Shown piece by piece: positions 63,098-64,000 of a stretch of 64,000 nucleotides of DNA. Position 1 is the first letter of the stretch. Every line of letters begins with the position of its first letter. A model generated the notes under the pieces. It searched no databases. It was not told the DNA's origin and saw nothing but the letters and a program-made list of their open reading frames with translations. Position numbers and translations under genes: made by a program. The stretch covers positions 62,001-126,000 of the forward strand of contig CAXBME010000013.1 in the NCBI GenBank assembly GCA_963976765.1, given 5' to 3'. This DNA is from an uncultured Planctomycetaceae bacterium (GTDB taxonomy: Bacteria > Planctomycetota > Planctomycetia > Planctomycetales > Planctomycetaceae).

Positions 63098-64000
63098 ATG
63101 TCTGTTGGTGTGCCGGGTGTTCTGACTGAAATTGAAGAAGATCCGTTTGATCTGATCGAAGAAATCGAGCAGCTCAAACGCGACAAGGATGTCAGCATCC
63201 TGGCTCACTACTATGTGGATGGAGAAATTCAGGATGTGGCGGATTTTGTTGGCGACAGTCTGAAACTCGCTCGCGATGCGACGACCGTGACAACGTCGAC
63301 GATCCTCTTCAGCGGTGTTCACTTCATGGCGGAAACGGCCAAGATGCTGAATCGCGAAAAGCGGGTTCTGCTGCCGGACATGCTGGCTGGATGCTCGCTC
63401 GCCGAAAGCTGTCAGCCGGAAGCGCTGAAAAAATTTCAGGATGAGCTTCGAGCGGAAGGCCGCGACTTCGAAACGGTTGCGTACATCAACACGTCGGCAG
63501 CGGTGAAGTCGTTGTGCGACTGGATCGTGACCAGCGGAAACGCTCGCGAAATTGTGGAACGCGTTCCCGCAGGCAAAGAAATTCTGTTCGCTCCGGACCA
63601 GCACCTTGGCAGGTATCTGTCGGAAGTGACCGGTCGCCCGATGATCCTGTGGCCCGGCTCGTGCATGGTTCATGAAGTTTTCAGCATTCAGGATCTGCTC
63701 ACGGCGAAGAGGAAGAATGAAGGCTGCACGGTGCTCGCGCATCCTGAATGTCCGCAGAATATTCTCGAAATCAGTGACTTCATCGGCGGCACGGAAGCCA
63801 TGCGCCGGCACGTGATGTCTCTGGCCGAGCCGCAGACATTTTTGATCGCCACCGAAGCGAACATGATCCATCCATTGGAAAAGTCGGCTCCGCAGCACAA
63901 GTACATTCCCGTGCCCGGCATCATGACTTCGACCGGTGAAACGTGTGCTTGTAACCGGTGTCCGCACATGGCTCGCAACACGCTGCAGGCCGTTCGGAAT
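63098..64000 (+). CDS. nadA: Quinolinate synthase NadA (3'-truncated by window edge)
   Basis: Manual translation: [64 protein letters not shown]. Confidence 0.93.
   Translation, partial: MSVGVPGVLTEIEEDPFDLIEEIEQLKRDKDVSILAHYYVDGEIQDVADFVGDSLKLARDATTVTTSTILFSGVHFMAETAKMLNREKRVLLPDMLAGCSLAESCQPEALKKFQDELRAEGRDFETVAYINTSAAVKSLCDWIVTSGNAREIVERVPAGKEILFAPDQHLGRYLSEVTGRPMILWPGSCMVHEVFSIQDLLTAKRKNEGCTVLAHPECPQNILEISDFIGGTEAMRRHVMSLAEPQTFLIATEANMIHPLEKSAPQHKYIPVPGIMTSTGETCACNRCPHMARNTLQAVRN

Noticed and set aside
63071..63967. 298-aa minus-strand ORF in the ORF track
   Set aside because: Antisense shadow of nadA, which runs on the plus strand off the window end

Overview
Planctomycete-type chromosomal window, inferred from two DUF1549/DUF1553 + DUF1501 gene pairs, a YTV-like Cys-rich envelope protein, PQQ-like beta-propellers, a sulfatase and an FHA-CpaF fusion. 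It holds about 42 CDS, mostly core or metabolic (greA, dusB, mutS, ldhA, nadA, a SulP-carbonic anhydrase fusion, a SenB-type glycosyltransferase). No tRNA, rRNA, CRISPR array or intact transposase was recognised. Signals most worth follow-up: (1) a non-coding gap at about 35300-35570 with a palindromic enhancer-like site, a sigma-54 -24/-12 promoter and a strongly base-paired ~140-nt RNA-like segment, divergent from a polytopic membrane-anchored sigma-54 activator; (2) a WYL regulator with a perfect palindromic operator, divergent from a structured leader, a tail-less SSB paralogue and an unknown small protein; (3) a dispersed family of 9-10-nt-periodic palindromic intergenic elements; (4) a mirror-symmetric Cys-rich YTV protein; (5) a senB-like gene without senA/senC nearby; (6) a small secreted ORF upstream of SulP-CA. 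All calls come from reading motifs by eye; no database search or folding computation was run.
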